From an uncultured Clostridia bacterium (GTDB lineage Bacteria; Bacillota; Clostridia; Oscillospirales; CAG-272), in contig CALWJX010000007.1 of assembly GCA_944381085.1 (NCBI GenBank), positions 2,754 through 66,753 on the forward strand: a DNA stretch of 64,000 bases. Reading direction: 5' to 3'. Below are positions 10,219-20,739 of this stretch, piece after piece (positions within the stretch are counted from its first letter, which is position 1; each line of letters opens with the position of its first letter). A program made the translations under genes and the position numbers. The notes beneath the pieces were generated by a model that was given only the letters and a program-made list of their open reading frames with translations, was not told where the DNA came from and searched no databases.

Positions 10219-11017
10219 TTTTAGCACCTCCGTCTCTCTGTGTTCTGTCAGCTCTGGGCGCCCTGTCTCTACGGTCCTGTCCCTGACGGTTGCCGCCGTT
10301 TCTTCTGTCGCGCCTGTCGCCGTTCTGTCTTCTGTCCTGGCGGTTGTCTCTTCTGTCCGCGTTCTGCTGCTGTGCGGGACGGTTTACTTCATTGAGAACT
10401 TCGCCCTTGTATATCCACACCTTTACGCCGATCTTGCCGTATGTGGTATTTGCTTCCCAGAAACCGTAATCAATGTCGGCCCTGAGAGTCTGAAGCGGAA
10501 TCGTTCCCTCATGATAGTGCTCGCTTCTCGCGATTTCCGCGCCGCCGAGACGTCCGCCGCATGTGATCTTGATTCCCTTTGCGCCAAGTCTCATGGTGTT
10601 TCTTATAGCCATTTTCATGGCGCGGCGGAAGGATATACGCTTTTCAAGCTGAGACGCGATATTTTCCGCGACGAGCTGAGCGTCAAGATCGGGCTGTCTG
10701 ACCTCAACGACATTGAGAGAAACCGGCATACCGACCATTTTCTCAAGCTGCGCCTTGTACTTTTCTATTTCCACACCGCCTTTTCCGATAACCATTCCGG
10801 GCTTCGCGCAGTGAATAAATACTCTTACTCTGCGGCTGTCGCGCTCAATCTCGATTTTCGGGATGCCCGCGTCCTGCAGTTCTTTCTTCAGATATTTTCT
10901 GATATTATAGTCGGATACAAGAGTGTCGCCGAAAACTTCGTCCTTTGCGAACCATCTCGAATCCCAGTTTTTAATTATGCCCACACGCAAGCCGTGGGGA
11001 TTAACCTTCTGACCCAT
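10205..11017 (-). CDS. rpsC: 30S ribosomal protein S3 with Arg/Asp/Gln-rich C-terminal tail
   Basis: [21 protein letters not shown]. Confidence 0.99.
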   Translation of the reverse strand: MGQKVNPHGLRVGIIKNWDSRWFAKDEVFGDTLVSDYNIRKYLKKELQDAGIPKIEIERDSRRVRVFIHCAKPGMVIGKGGVEIEKYKAQLEKMVGMPVSLNVVEVRQPDLDAQLVAENIASQLEKRISFRRAMKMAIRNTMRLGAKGIKITCGGRLGGAEIARSEHYHEGTIPLQTLRADIDYGFWEANTTYGKIGVKVWIYKGEVLNEVNRPAQQQNADRRDNRQDRRQNGDRRDRRNGGNRQGQDRRDRAPRADRTQRDGGAKNVNA

Positions 11018-11037
11018 CTGCTCTTGTCCTCCCTTTC

Positions 11038-11373
11038 TCAGTCTCTTTCTTTAACCACGATTGTGACGTGGCTTGTTCTCTTAAGGATCCTGTCCGCGCT
11101 TCCCTTGGCTCTCGGCATTATTCTTTTGAGAGTCGGTCCGGGAGTCACAAAACACTCGGAGACATAGAGCCTCGATGAATCCATGTGAAAATTATTCTCC
11201 GCGTTTGCAATCGCACTTCCCAGCAACTTGATAAGATATTCGGATGCGCTTCTGGGCGTGTTTTTGAGAATTGCCAAAGCCGCTCCTGCATCCTTGCCTC
11301 TTATGAGGTCGAGAACGATCTTAACCTTACGCGGGGATATTCTCGCATATTTGAGATATGCTTTTGCTTCCAT
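11038..11373 (-). CDS. rplV: 50S ribosomal protein L22
   Basis: RISPRKV, SAIANA, KRTSHVT. Confidence 0.99.
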   Translation of the reverse strand: MEAKAYLKYARISPRKVKIVLDLIRGKDAGAALAILKNTPRSASEYLIKLLGSAIANAENNFHMDSSRLYVSECFVTPGPTLKRIMPRAKGSADRILKRTSHVTIVVKERD

Positions 11374-11396
11374 ACTTTTTCAGTCCTCCCTTTGTA

Positions 11397-11678
11397 TTAC
11401 TTACCGTTATTGGATGTCTTGGAACCGGCGTGTCCCTTGAATGTTCTCGTGGGAGCAAACTCGCCGAGCTTGTGTCCTACCATATCTTCCGTTACATATA
11501 CCGGAACATGTTTTCTGCCGTCGTACACGGCGATTGTGTGACCGACAAACTCCGGGAATATCGTGGAAGCGCGAGACCAGGTCTTCATTACCTTCTTCTC
11601 GCCTTTTTCATTCATTGCGCAAATGCGCGCATAAAGCTTTTCTTCAACGAAAGGCGCTTTTTTAAGGCTTCTGCTCAT
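11397..11678 (-). CDS. rpsS: 30S ribosomal protein S19
   Basis: [18 protein letters not shown]. Confidence 0.99.
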   Translation of the reverse strand: MSRSLKKAPFVEEKLYARICAMNEKGEKKVMKTWSRASTIFPEFVGHTIAVYDGRKHVPVYVTEDMVGHKLGEFAPTRTFKGHAGSKTSNNGK

Positions 11679-11694
11679 TTATATTCCCTCCTCC

Positions 11695-12531
11695 TTATTT
11701 AGCATTTCTGCGTTTTACGATGAATTTGTCGGTGCGCGCCTTCTTGTTTCTGGTCTTAAGACCGAGCGCGGGCTTGCCCCAAGGCGTCATGGGCGAAGGA
11801 TGACCTATCGGAGACTTTCCTTCACCGCCTCCGTGCGGGTGATCGCACGGGTTCATTACCGAACCGCGCACCGTCGGACGGATACCCTTGTGTCTTGTTT
11901 TTCCGGCTTTACCTACTTTTACGGTATCATGGTCAATATTTCCGACCTGACCTATTACCGCCTTGCAGTCAACTCTGACAAAACGCACTTCTCCGGAGGG
12001 AAGTCTGACCTGCGCCATGCCGTTGCTCTCTTTTGACAAAAGCTGCGCTGCGGCGCCGGCGCTTCTGACAAGCTGCGAGCCCTTGCCGGGATAAAGTTCA
12101 ATATTGTTTATAAAGGTACCTACCGGTATATTGGCTATAGGCAGCGCGTTGCCGGGTTTTATGTCGGCGTCGGCGCCGGAATATACCTTGTCGCCCACCT
12201 TAAGTCCTTCGGGAGCGATGATATAGCTCTTTTCTCCCGATTCATTCTGCAGAAGCGCGATATACGCGGTTCTGTTGGGGTCGTACTCTATCGCGATAAC
12301 ATTCGCCGGAACGGTGCTAAGACGTTTGAAATCAATGATTCTGTATTTGACCTTGTTTCCGCCGCCTCTGTGACGCACGGTAATGCGTCCGTAGCTGTTT
12401 CTGCCCGCGTGCTTCTTCTTTGTTACCACAAGGCTCTTTTCAGGCACATCCTTTGTGATTACATCCTTATATACAGGGACAGACATGTGTCTTCTCGCGG
12501 GTGTCGTCGGTTTATACTTTAATGTTGCCAT
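11695..12531 (-). CDS. rplB: 50S ribosomal protein L2
   Basis: [20 protein letters not shown]. Confidence 0.99.
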   Translation of the reverse strand: MATLKYKPTTPARRHMSVPVYKDVITKDVPEKSLVVTKKKHAGRNSYGRITVRHRGGGNKVKYRIIDFKRLSTVPANVIAIEYDPNRTAYIALLQNESGEKSYIIAPEGLKVGDKVYSGADADIKPGNALPIANIPVGTFINNIELYPGKGSQLVRSAGAAAQLLSKESNGMAQVRLPSGEVRFVRVDCKAVIGQVGNIDHDTVKVGKAGKTRHKGIRPTVRGSVMNPCDHPHGGGEGKSPIGHPSPMTPWGKPALGLKTRNKKARTDKFIVKRRNAK

Positions 12532-12548
12532 TTATTTCGACCTCCCTC

Positions 12549-12851
12549 TCAGTTCATGCCTTCAAAGAACTCAATCTTCTTAGAGTCCTTGGTAAGCGTT
12601 ACTATTGCTTTTTTCCAAGCGCTTGTGTACCCGTAATGCACACCGTATCTCTTGGGCTTTCTCTTCATGTTTATCGTGTTGACCGCTTCGACCTTGGTGC
12701 CGGGGAACATAGCCTCGACAGCCTTTGCTATTTCAGCCTTGTCCGCAGTCTTTGCCACCTTGAAAACATATTTGGGGCATTCCGCGCTCATCATATCCAT
12801 ACTTGCTTCGGATATTACAGGCTTAATGATAACATCTTCAATCATTCTCAT
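12549..12851 (-). CDS. rplW: 50S ribosomal protein L23
   Basis: PVISEAS, WKKAIVTL. Confidence 0.98.
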   Translation of the reverse strand: MRMIEDVIIKPVISEASMDMMSAECPKYVFKVAKTADKAEIAKAVEAMFPGTKVEAVNTINMKRKPKRYGVHYGYTSAWKKAIVTLTKDSKKIEFFEGMN

Positions 12852-13477
12852 TATGCGTATACCTCCTCAAGCATCTTAACAGCCGCAACGGTGACGACAA
12901 ATGCGTCCGCATTGAGTATGTCGTAAACGTTAATGGTGTTATACAGACAGGTCTTTGCTCCGGGAATATTGGAACAGCTCTTTATTATGCGCTTGTCAAC
13001 CTCGGGAAGCACGACAAGCGGCTTCTTCTCGGCTCCGAGCGCCTTGAACATCGCGACCATGGTTTTTGTCCTGAATTCTTCAAGCTTTATGTCGTCAACC
13101 ACAATAAGTCTTCCGTTTGCCGCCTTATCCGTAAGAGCTCCGATAAGAGCAAGTCTCTTTGTCTTCTTGTTTATATCCGTGCGATAGCTTCTCGGCTTCG
13201 GGCCGAGCGCGACTCCGCCGTGAGTCCACTGAGGCGAACGTGTAGAACCCTGACGTGCTCTTCCGGTGCCCTTCTGTCTCCATGGCTTTCTTCCGCCGCC
13301 GGAAACCTCCGTGCGTGTAAGCGTGGACTGCGTGCCCTGTCTTTGATTGAGCAAATATGCTCTGACTGCGGCATGGAGGACTGCCGCGTTTACATTTTCC
13401 GCTCCGAACAGTACGTCCGAAAGCTCCATGGTTCCGACTTCCGCGCCGGCCATATTGTATACTTTAACTGTAGGCAT
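12851..13477 (-). CDS. rplD: 50S ribosomal protein L4
   Basis: KPWRQKGTGRARQGS. Confidence 0.99.
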   Translation of the reverse strand: MPTVKVYNMAGAEVGTMELSDVLFGAENVNAAVLHAAVRAYLLNQRQGTQSTLTRTEVSGGGRKPWRQKGTGRARQGSTRSPQWTHGGVALGPKPRSYRTDINKKTKRLALIGALTDKAANGRLIVVDDIKLEEFRTKTMVAMFKALGAEKKPLVVLPEVDKRIIKSCSNIPGAKTCLYNTINVYDILNADAFVVTVAAVKMLEEVYA

Positions 13478-13497
13478 TGTTTGTTTCCTCCTTCCGT

Positions 13498-14130
13498 TTA
13501 CGCTTTGATGGAATCACGGATAAATACGATGCCGTCCTTTGCGCCCGGAATCGCGCCTTTAACCGCGATGAGATTTTTCTCGCTGTCAATTCTGACAACT
13601 TTCAGATTGAGTACAGTAACCTGTTCGTTACCGTACTGACCTGCCATCTTCTTGTTTTTGTATATTCTTGAAGGTGTACTGTTCGCACCCATGGAACCGG
13701 GCTGACGGTGAACGGGACCGGTACCGTGTGTCATGCGGAGTATGTGATGATTCCATCTTTTAATGCTGCCGGTATATCCGCGTCCCTTTGTCAAACCTGT
13801 TACGTCGACCTTGTCGCCTGCGGCGAAGGTATCGGCGGTTATGACGTCGCCAACGCTATATGCCGAGCAATCGTCCAAACGGAACTCCTTAAGGTGCCTT
13901 TTCAGTGAAACACCCGCCTTTTCAAAATGACCCTTTACCGCTTTATTGACATGCTTTTCCTTGACGTCGGAAAAGCCGAGCTGCAAAGCATCGTATCCGT
14001 CATTTTCGACAGTCTTCTTCTGTGCGACAACGCACGGACCTGCCTCAATGACCGTCACGGGAATAACATTTCCCTTTTCGTCGAAAATCTGAGTCATACC
14101 GACTTTCTTTCCGATAATACCCTTTTTCAT
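13498..14130 (-). CDS. rplC: 50S ribosomal protein L3
   Basis: [17 protein letters not shown]. Confidence 0.99.
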   Translation of the reverse strand: MKKGIIGKKVGMTQIFDEKGNVIPVTVIEAGPCVVAQKKTVENDGYDALQLGFSDVKEKHVNKAVKGHFEKAGVSLKRHLKEFRLDDCSAYSVGDVITADTFAAGDKVDVTGLTKGRGYTGSIKRWNHHILRMTHGTGPVHRQPGSMGANSTPSRIYKNKKMAGQYGNEQVTVLNLKVVRIDSEKNLIAVKGAIPGAKDGIVFIRDSIKA

Positions 14131-14289
14131 TTTTGATCCTCCTGTAAATTATTGGTTGAGACGGAGCCGTCCGCCCAACATGACTTACAAAGTTACCGAC
14201 GCAGCCATCGCTGCCGGCTGTTGTCTTTGTTCGCAAATGCCGAAACACACTCAAATCCTTAAATCTTCTCCGGAAACCCGGAGCGGACA

Positions 14290-14601
14290 TCAAAGCTTGA
14301 CTTCTATTTCGACGCCTGCGGGAAGTTCGACGTTCATAAGCGCGTCAATCGTCTTCTGATTGGGCTTAATGATGTCGATAAGTCTCTTGTGAGTACGCAT
14401 TTCAAACTGCTCACGGCTGTCCTTATATTTATGAACGGCGCGGAGAATAGTCACGATTTCTCTCTCTGTCGGAAGCGGAATGGGACCGGATACCTCCGAA
14501 CCGTTTGCCTTTGCAACGGTTACAATCTTTTCCGCGGCCGTATCGATAAGAGTGTGGTCGTAGCTTTTCAGGCGGACTCTGATCTTTTCTTTAACTGCCA
14601 T
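14290..14601 (-). CDS. rpsJ: 30S ribosomal protein S10
   Basis: [23 protein letters not shown]. Confidence 0.99.
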   Translation of the reverse strand: MAVKEKIRVRLKSYDHTLIDTAAEKIVTVAKANGSEVSGPIPLPTEREIVTILRAVHKYKDSREQFEMRTHKRLIDIIKPNQKTIDALMNVELPAGVEIEVKL

Positions 14602-14825
14602 TGGTTTTGCCTCCTTTTAGATAATTTGTGGCGGCTGTGCCGCTCACCGAAAAAGCGGGGCGTTCTTTCGTACACTGTGCCGTTTGTTTCATGCCACGGA
14701 CATTAAAAACGGACTTTGCCCGCATCAGCATCTGACAGACAAATTCCGGAAATAAATATCTATGAAAGAAACACCGAAAGCACCACTATGCCGCATGTTG
14801 CAAGGTGTGTGTATGAAAGGCTTTT

Positions 14826-14907
14826 GTCGCCCGATTCATACGGACATACTCTGCGAAAATTCCCCCTCGGGGCGTCCCCCGAGAGCAACCTCTCGCTTCA
14901 ACGCATA
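14826..14907 (-). ncRNA. Firmicutes S10-operon ribosomal leader RNA
   Basis: GAAGCGAGAGGTTGC...GGAATTTTCGCAGAGTATGTCCG..CGGGCGA resembles the conserved Bacillota rpsJ leader (recalled, not searched); sits right after the promoter. Confidence 0.75.
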
Positions 14908-14919
14908 TCAAGCCTTTCT

Positions 14920-14948
14920 ATTATATACGAATTCATGGATTTTGTCAA
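14920..14948 (-). promoter_or_regulatory. SigA promoter of the S10 operon
   Basis: Perfect TTGACA-17nt-TATAAT on the minus strand. Confidence 0.85.
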
Positions 14949-15248
14949 TATGGAACAAATTTTTAATATGTAGAAATTTTTTAAAATTTCAGGCGTATTT
15001 TTATACAATTTTACCACATCAATTAATTCCACACAGTATTTCCCTGAAAATGCGTTGTCATACTTGTGTTGGTTTATCATCCGTAAACGAACGTAACAAT
15101 GATTTAAAATGTATTCAAGGCGATTGAGCTTTCAATACGATATCGGGAAATCAATGTTAACAAATTCGTAACAACTAAACCGTCGCAGACGTGTTATAAT
15201 AATGTAATTAAAATATCAAGTCGATTGCAAACGGAGCTTAAAACAAAT

Positions 15249-16121
15249 ATGAAAAACAAATCAAACTCAAAGATAACGGTTAAAATCTTCAAAATAATAT
15301 CAATTGCCCTGTCGCTCTGCTGTGCCGTATGTTTTTTTCTTTGCTTTTTGTTATTCTTTGACGGGGACATAGGGTACTTTGAGAAGTCTCCGTTTGTAAC
15401 TGTTTCCAATCTGCTCCTTTTAATATCGGCGGCATTCTCTGTTATCTGTCCGTTCTTTATTTCCAAAGATGTTAAAACAGCGGATGATGATCGAAAAAAC
15501 AGAAAACTCACGGTCAGCGCCGTCGCAGCCGTTTTATATATGATTTATGTATTATTTGAAATTTACGTTATTATAATGAACGGTTTTTCTGTCATCAGAC
15601 TGCTTTTGACCGTATTTGCCTTTTTTTCATTTTTATATCATTATGTAATATTCACCGGAACAAAAATCGGCGAAACCTCATTCGTTCTGCTCGGCATCTC
15701 ACAGATAGCGTGGTGCACGCTTACCATAGCATATTCGTATTTCGATTATACCGTTGAACTTAACAGTCCCGCAAAGCTGCTCTTACAGTTTGCCTGTGTG
15801 ATAATAATGCTGTTTACCACCGGCGAGATGCGTCTTGTCTTGGGCAAGCCGCGTCCGAGAATGTACCTCGCCTTTAGTTCATGCGCGCTGTCTGTTCTTC
15901 TTTCGGCCGGCGCGGGAAGCCTTGCGGCTGCCCTACACCCGGAGTATATGACGACAAACGGTCTCAGAATATACGAGAACATTATATATTCTCTGATTTT
16001 TATCGCTATGTATATATATATATTGACTCGACTGATACATTTCGATTCGGCACCCGAAAAAATATCCGCGACGGACTTTCGGGCTTCGTCCGACGACACT
16101 ACTGAAAACAACCGAGTTTAG
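15249..16121 (+). CDS. Hypothetical polytopic membrane protein (about 8 TM)
   Basis: Long ORF with repeated hydrophobic segments; ATG at 15249 after GGAG. Confidence 0.8.
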   Translation: MKNKSNSKITVKIFKIISIALSLCCAVCFFLCFLLFFDGDIGYFEKSPFVTVSNLLLLISAAFSVICPFFISKDVKTADDDRKNRKLTVSAVAAVLYMIYVLFEIYVIIMNGFSVIRLLLTVFAFFSFLYHYVIFTGTKIGETSFVLLGISQIAWCTLTIAYSYFDYTVELNSPAKLLLQFACVIIMLFTTGEMRLVLGKPRPRMYLAFSSCALSVLLSAGAGSLAAALHPEYMTTNGLRIYENIIYSLIFIAMYIYILTRLIHFDSAPEKISATDFRASSDDTTENNRV

Positions 16122-16200
16122 CGCAGTCGTTTTATTCTTAGAATCCGTAAATTTCATTAATAATTCTCCATAAATATTTAATTGTAAGGAAAGATTAAAT

Positions 16201-16764
16201 ATGACCTCATCATCGAAAAACGCCGCCGAAGTGCGTATACAATGGCTGCATAAAAAAATCACCAACATGTATTACCCCAACGCCATGCGTCTGGCGGAGA
16301 GGTTCGGCATTTCACACAGGCAGGCTCAGAGAGACGTGGATTATCTCAAAAAAAATCTCGGAGCGCCTTTGGAATACAGCTCCGAGCACAGAGGATATTA
16401 TTATACCGAGCAGTTTTCCCTGCCCTTTGTCGTGTCCTCCGACAACGACGACGCGCTTTCCGAGCTTGTGGATACCATATCCGGAGCCGAGATGAACGCG
16501 GAAAACACATTTGTTCAAATGCAATTGCCCTACACCGCGACGGTTGAAATAACCGACAAGCTCGCCGTAAATTCCTTTAAAGCTTTCATCATATCAAAGG
16601 AATCACGCAATCGCTACATCTGCGAATTTCACAATATCGAGCAATTTCTGGGAGCTTTTATAACACTCAGATCGGACGCGAAAATAATAGAACCTTTCTG
16701 GCTGCGCGAAAGACTTGTGCGTATGGCTGAAAACATAATAAAAAACAATAAATTTGATAAATAA
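16201..16764 (+). CDS. Winged-HTH regulator related to the WYL/PafBC family (wHTH + WCX-like C-terminus, no evident WYL domain)
   Basis: LAERFGISHRQAQRDVDYL...GAPLEY...RGYYY N-terminus; AKIIEPFWLRERL C-terminus. Confidence 0.75.
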   Translation: MTSSSKNAAEVRIQWLHKKITNMYYPNAMRLAERFGISHRQAQRDVDYLKKNLGAPLEYSSEHRGYYYTEQFSLPFVVSSDNDDALSELVDTISGAEMNAENTFVQMQLPYTATVEITDKLAVNSFKAFIISKESRNRYICEFHNIEQFLGAFITLRSDAKIIEPFWLRERLVRMAENIIKNNKFDK

Positions 16765-16924
16765 ACCGATACGTCATAAATGTAAACTGTCCGTTCATCG
16801 AGACTTGCGCAATATAATATTTCGTCAATGTAAAAGCCAATCCGCAAAAAATCAAAAAAAATTTCAAAAAACTCTTGACAAAGCACTGAATATGTGATAT
16901 TATAATTAGGTAAATTTTTAAAAT

Positions 16925-17070
16925 CCTATCCAAAGACAGCAGGTTCCCGTAAAAGCGCAAGCCATCCTGCCGAGGAGAAGCTCCTTTGAATATATGTTTC
17001 GGAATATTTTCAGGTGTCTTTCTGTCCTCGCGGCACACGCGCTGTGCGGGATATGAAAGATTTTTTTATT
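16925..17070 (+). ncRNA. L10 leader (rplJ autoregulatory RNA)
   Basis: CCAAAGACAGCAGG...CCTGCCGAGG signature, then terminator-like stem and U-run upstream of rplJ; promoter TTGACA-17-TATTAT at 16875-16903. Confidence 0.88.
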
Positions 17071-17107
17071 TTACACGGTTTATTTCGCTACGGGAGGTGA
17101 AAAACAA

Positions 17108-17677
17108 ATGCCAAGTAATGCAATACTCGAACAAAAGCAAAAAATCGTTGCTGACCTTGCAGAACAGATAAAAACAAGTGCATCCGGCGTAGTTGTCAAT
17201 TATCAGGGAATAACCGTCGATAAAGATACCGCTCTCAGAAAAGCTCTCCGCGAAGCAGACGTCAAGTATGTGGTAATGAAAAATACCCTTACCGGCAGGG
17301 CCTGCGAAATGTGCGGATACGGCGACATGAAGCAGTATCTCAACGGAATGACCGCAATTGCAATCAGTCAGAACGACCCGGTCGCACCCGCGAAAATACT
17401 CAAAGAATACGCAGACAAAATCGAATCCTTTAAGATCCTCGCGGGATATGTGGACGGCGGTATTATCGATGCAAACGGCGTGGAGCAGCTTGCTTCCATT
17501 CCGTCCAAGGAAGTGCTCATCGCAAAATTCCTCGGCTCCATCAAATCGCCTGTATATAAGCTTGCTTATGCTCTCCAGGCAGTTGCCGACAAGAACGGCG
17601 AAGGAGAAGCTCCGGCGGAAGAAGCGTCCGCGCAGGACACGGCGGAAACCGCGGCCGATACCGCGGCTGCAGAATAA
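17108..17677 (+). CDS. rplJ: 50S ribosomal protein L10
   Basis: YQGITV..DT.LRK.LR, VMKNTL, LASIPSKEVL. Confidence 0.98.
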   Translation: MPSNAILEQKQKIVADLAEQIKTSASGVVVNYQGITVDKDTALRKALREADVKYVVMKNTLTGRACEMCGYGDMKQYLNGMTAIAISQNDPVAPAKILKEYADKIESFKILAGYVDGGIIDANGVEQLASIPSKEVLIAKFLGSIKSPVYKLAYALQAVADKNGEGEAPAEEASAQDTAETAADTAAAE

Positions 17678-17736
17678 TCCGCTTTGAAACAATTTAATTA
17701 AAAGTTTTATTTTTACATTTCAGGAGGTATATTAAA

Positions 17737-18120
17737 ATGGCATCCGAAAAGATTACAAATATTGTTGAAGAAATCAAGTCTCTTACAATTATGGAGCTCA
17801 ATGACCTTGTCAAAGCGGTTGAGGAAGAATTCGGCGTTTCCGCAGCGGCTCCCGTAGGCGTAGCGGTTGCGGCCGCAGGCGGCGCAGCAGCTCCCGCAGC
17901 TGAGGAAAAAACTGAATTTGACGTTATTCTTACCGCGTTCGGCGACAAGAAGCTCAATGTCATCAAGGCTGTTCGTGAAATCACAGGTCTTGGACTTAAG
18001 GAAGCTAAGGATATGGTCGAGGGTTGCCCGAAGCCTGTTAAGGAAGGCGTTTCCAAGGACGAAGCAGAAAAGATCAAGGCTGCTCTTGCCGAAGCAGGCG
18101 CTACAGTTGAAATAAAGTAA
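17737..18120 (+). CDS. rplL: 50S ribosomal protein L7/L12
   Basis: [29 protein letters not shown]. Confidence 0.99.
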   Translation: MASEKITNIVEEIKSLTIMELNDLVKAVEEEFGVSAAAPVGVAVAAAGGAAAPAAEEKTEFDVILTAFGDKKLNVIKAVREITGLGLKEAKDMVEGCPKPVKEGVSKDEAEKIKAALAEAGATVEIK

Positions 18121-18185
18121 TTCAACCGCAAACTTTGCCCTATGGCAAACCAGATCTGCTGATTTTTAATAGGATAAATTACAAT

Positions 18186-18221
18186 GCCGAAAGGAGATTC
18201 TCTTCTTTCGGCTTATTTTTT
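18186..18221 (+). terminator. Intrinsic terminator after rplL
   Basis: GCCGAAAG...CTTTCGGC stem followed by TTATTTTTT. Confidence 0.8.
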
Positions 18222-18346
18222 GAATAAACGGCTTTGCGGACGGCAAAAATAATTATAAATAATTTTCAATTACCTCTTGACAAATTTTGCGTTATGTGAT
18301 AATATAGTATTGTAAACCATATTTGATGTTTTTAGGAAGTGTTTTT

Positions 18347-19033
18347 ATGGCTTTTAATAACAAAATAGCTGTCATCTGGGGGGATTCGGTCGCAAAAGGC
18401 GTAATCTGGAACGAGGAACGAGGAAGATACACTTTATCTCCTCATGCCGCCGCCGCAATCGTATCCGAAAATACCGGAATCTCCGTAAACAACCGTTCAA
18501 GAATGGGACTCACTTCATCCGAGGGGATGGCTCTCATGAAATCAGACATTGATAAAGGAGTCAAAGGAGACTATGCAGTTATAGAATTCGGCGGCAACGA
18601 CTGCGACTTTTTGTGGAAAGAAATCAGTGACAATCCGAACGGCAGGCATTACCCGAGAACAACCGCCGCAGAATATGAAGACAATATAAAGGAAATGGTA
18701 AAAAAAGCAAGAGAACACAGAATGAAGCCCGTGCTGCTCACGCTCCCTCCTATCAACTCCAGACTTTATTTTAACTTTATCTCAAAGGGAAAATCGCCCG
18801 AAAACATTTTGTCATGGCTGGGAGACACCGGCCATATATACAGATATCATGAAAGATATTCGGCTATTGTGACAAAAATCGCGAGAGAATGTCATTGCCG
18901 CTTAATAGATATCCGTTCGGCTTTTCTCGACATCTGGGATACTAAGGATTTTTTCTGCGTCGACGGCATACATCCCTCGCAAAAAGGTCAGGAATTTATA
19001 GGCAACACTATACTAAAAGCCGTGTCAGACTAA
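18347..19033 (+). CDS. SGNH/GDSL family hydrolase
   Basis: WGDSV, FGGND, DGIHP blocks. Confidence 0.92.
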   Translation: MAFNNKIAVIWGDSVAKGVIWNEERGRYTLSPHAAAAIVSENTGISVNNRSRMGLTSSEGMALMKSDIDKGVKGDYAVIEFGGNDCDFLWKEISDNPNGRHYPRTTAAEYEDNIKEMVKKAREHRMKPVLLTLPPINSRLYFNFISKGKSPENILSWLGDTGHIYRYHERYSAIVTKIARECHCRLIDIRSAFLDIWDTKDFFCVDGIHPSQKGQEFIGNTILKAVSD

Positions 19034-19247
19034 AAAACGACTTTCCGCTAAAACCTGATTATAATATTAATTTATTCAATTCAGATTTATAACGGCGGGC
19101 AATACAAATCTCCTGTTGTATTGCATAGGCCATTTCATTATACAACAAAATGGGGGACTGACGCGCCAAGCATCTCTTGGTATAGCGTCAGTCCCCTGTT
19201 ATTTATGCGTCTTCCGAGTATTTTCGAAAACAATTTTTTTCAAAATA

Positions 19248-20624
19248 TTACACGTCCACACGGGGAAGCTTGTCAAAATTCGCCTGTATCTCCTCGTCCG
19301 TAGGAATATAGTCGGTCATCTGACCGTCGTTGTACTTCTGATAAGCCACCATATCGAAATAACCCGTTCCGGTAAGTCCGAAAACTATAGTCTTCTCCTC
19401 CCCGGTCTCCTTGCACTTCATAGCCTCGTCAATAGCCACACGTATCGCGTGAGCGCTTTCCGGTGCCGGAAGAATTCCCTCAACTCTGGCAAACTGAACG
19501 GCCGCCTCAAAGACATCGGTCTGAGCGACAGACACCGCTTCCATAAGCTTATCATGGTAAAGCTGTGAAAGTACGGAACTCATTCCGTGATATCTCAACC
19601 CACCCGCGTGATTTGCAGACGGAATAAAGCCGCTGCCTAAAGTATACATCTTGGCAAGCGGGCATACCATGCCTGTATCGCAATAATCATACGCGAATTT
19701 ACCTCTCGTAAAGCTGGGGCAGGACGCCGGTTCTACGGCTATAATACGGTAATCGGCCTCGCCTCTGAGTTTTTCGCCCATAAACGGAGATATAAGCCCT
19801 CCCAAATTAGAACCGCCGCCGGCGCATCCGATAATGATATCCGCCTTAATTCCGTATTTGTCGAGCGCCGTTTTTGTCTCAAGACCTATAATCGACTGAT
19901 GAAGCAATACCTGATTGAGCACACTTCCCAAAACATAACGGTATCCCTTGTTTTTCACAGCCGTTTCCACCGCCTCGGAAATTGCGCAGCCCAGACTTCC
20001 CGTTGTTCCGGGATGCTCCGCGAGTATTTTTCTTCCCACCTCTGTCTCCATGGACGGCGAAGGAGTTACAGAAGCGCCGTACGTCCTCATGACCTCACGG
20101 CGGAAGGGTTTCTGCTCATAAGACACTTTTACCATATATACCTTGCAGTCAAGTCCGAAATATGAGCAAGCCATCGAAAGCGCTGTACCCCACTGCCCCG
20201 CTCCGGTCTCGGTGGTAACTCCGACAAGTCCCTGCTCTTTCGCGTAATACGCCTGAGCTATAGCGGAATTGAGCTTGTGGCTGCCACTTGTGTTGTTGCC
20301 TTCAAACTTATAGTAAATCTTCGCGGGAGTCTGTAACTTTTCTTCAAGGCAGTACGCCCTTACAAGCGGAGACGGACGGTACATTTTATAGAACTTTTTA
20401 ATTTCATCGGGAATCTCAAAATACGGCGTTGTGTCGTCAAGCTCCTGTTTTACAAGCTCGTCGCAAAATACTCCGGACAATTCCTGTGCCGTCATCGGCT
20501 TTAAAGTCTGCGGATTTAGCAGCGCCGCCGGCTTATTTTTCATATCGGCGCGCAGATTGTACCATGCTTTCGGCATTTCGGATTCTTCAAGATAAATTTT
20601 GTAGGGAATTTTTTCGTTTGACAT
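19248..20624 (-). CDS. trpB2: TrpB-like PLP enzyme (tryptophan synthase beta chain 2)
   Basis: SGSHKLN, TETGAGQWG, GGGSN, HAGGLRYHG, PAPESAHA; no trpA adjacent. Confidence 0.95.
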   Translation of the reverse strand: MSNEKIPYKIYLEESEMPKAWYNLRADMKNKPAALLNPQTLKPMTAQELSGVFCDELVKQELDDTTPYFEIPDEIKKFYKMYRPSPLVRAYCLEEKLQTPAKIYYKFEGNNTSGSHKLNSAIAQAYYAKEQGLVGVTTETGAGQWGTALSMACSYFGLDCKVYMVKVSYEQKPFRREVMRTYGASVTPSPSMETEVGRKILAEHPGTTGSLGCAISEAVETAVKNKGYRYVLGSVLNQVLLHQSIIGLETKTALDKYGIKADIIIGCAGGGSNLGGLISPFMGEKLRGEADYRIIAVEPASCPSFTRGKFAYDYCDTGMVCPLAKMYTLGSGFIPSANHAGGLRYHGMSSVLSQLYHDKLMEAVSVAQTDVFEAAVQFARVEGILPAPESAHAIRVAIDEAMKCKETGEEKTIVFGLTGTGYFDMVAYQKYNDGQMTDYIPTDEEIQANFDKLPRVDV

Positions 20625-20739
20625 AATTGCCTCCATTCTGCCCTCGGGCTGATAAATTTATTGAATGACGCCGTTATCGACCGACAATTGTTATGCCGTA
20701 AAATATCAGACCTCATCCGGAAGTTTTCGGGACAGAAAA

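Noticed and set aside
10205-10380. Repetitive DRR/QD-rich tail of S3
   Set aside because: Low-complexity C-terminal tails are common in S3.
158-14706. Long plus-strand ORFs (e.g. 158..934, 10058..11167) opposite the ribosomal operon
   Set aside because: Antisense shadows of highly conserved genes; no SD sites or recognisable motifs.
19151-19198. Strong GGGGACTGACGC/GCGTCAGTCCCC hairpin
   Set aside because: Adequately explained as the terminator between the convergent SGNH and trpB2 genes.
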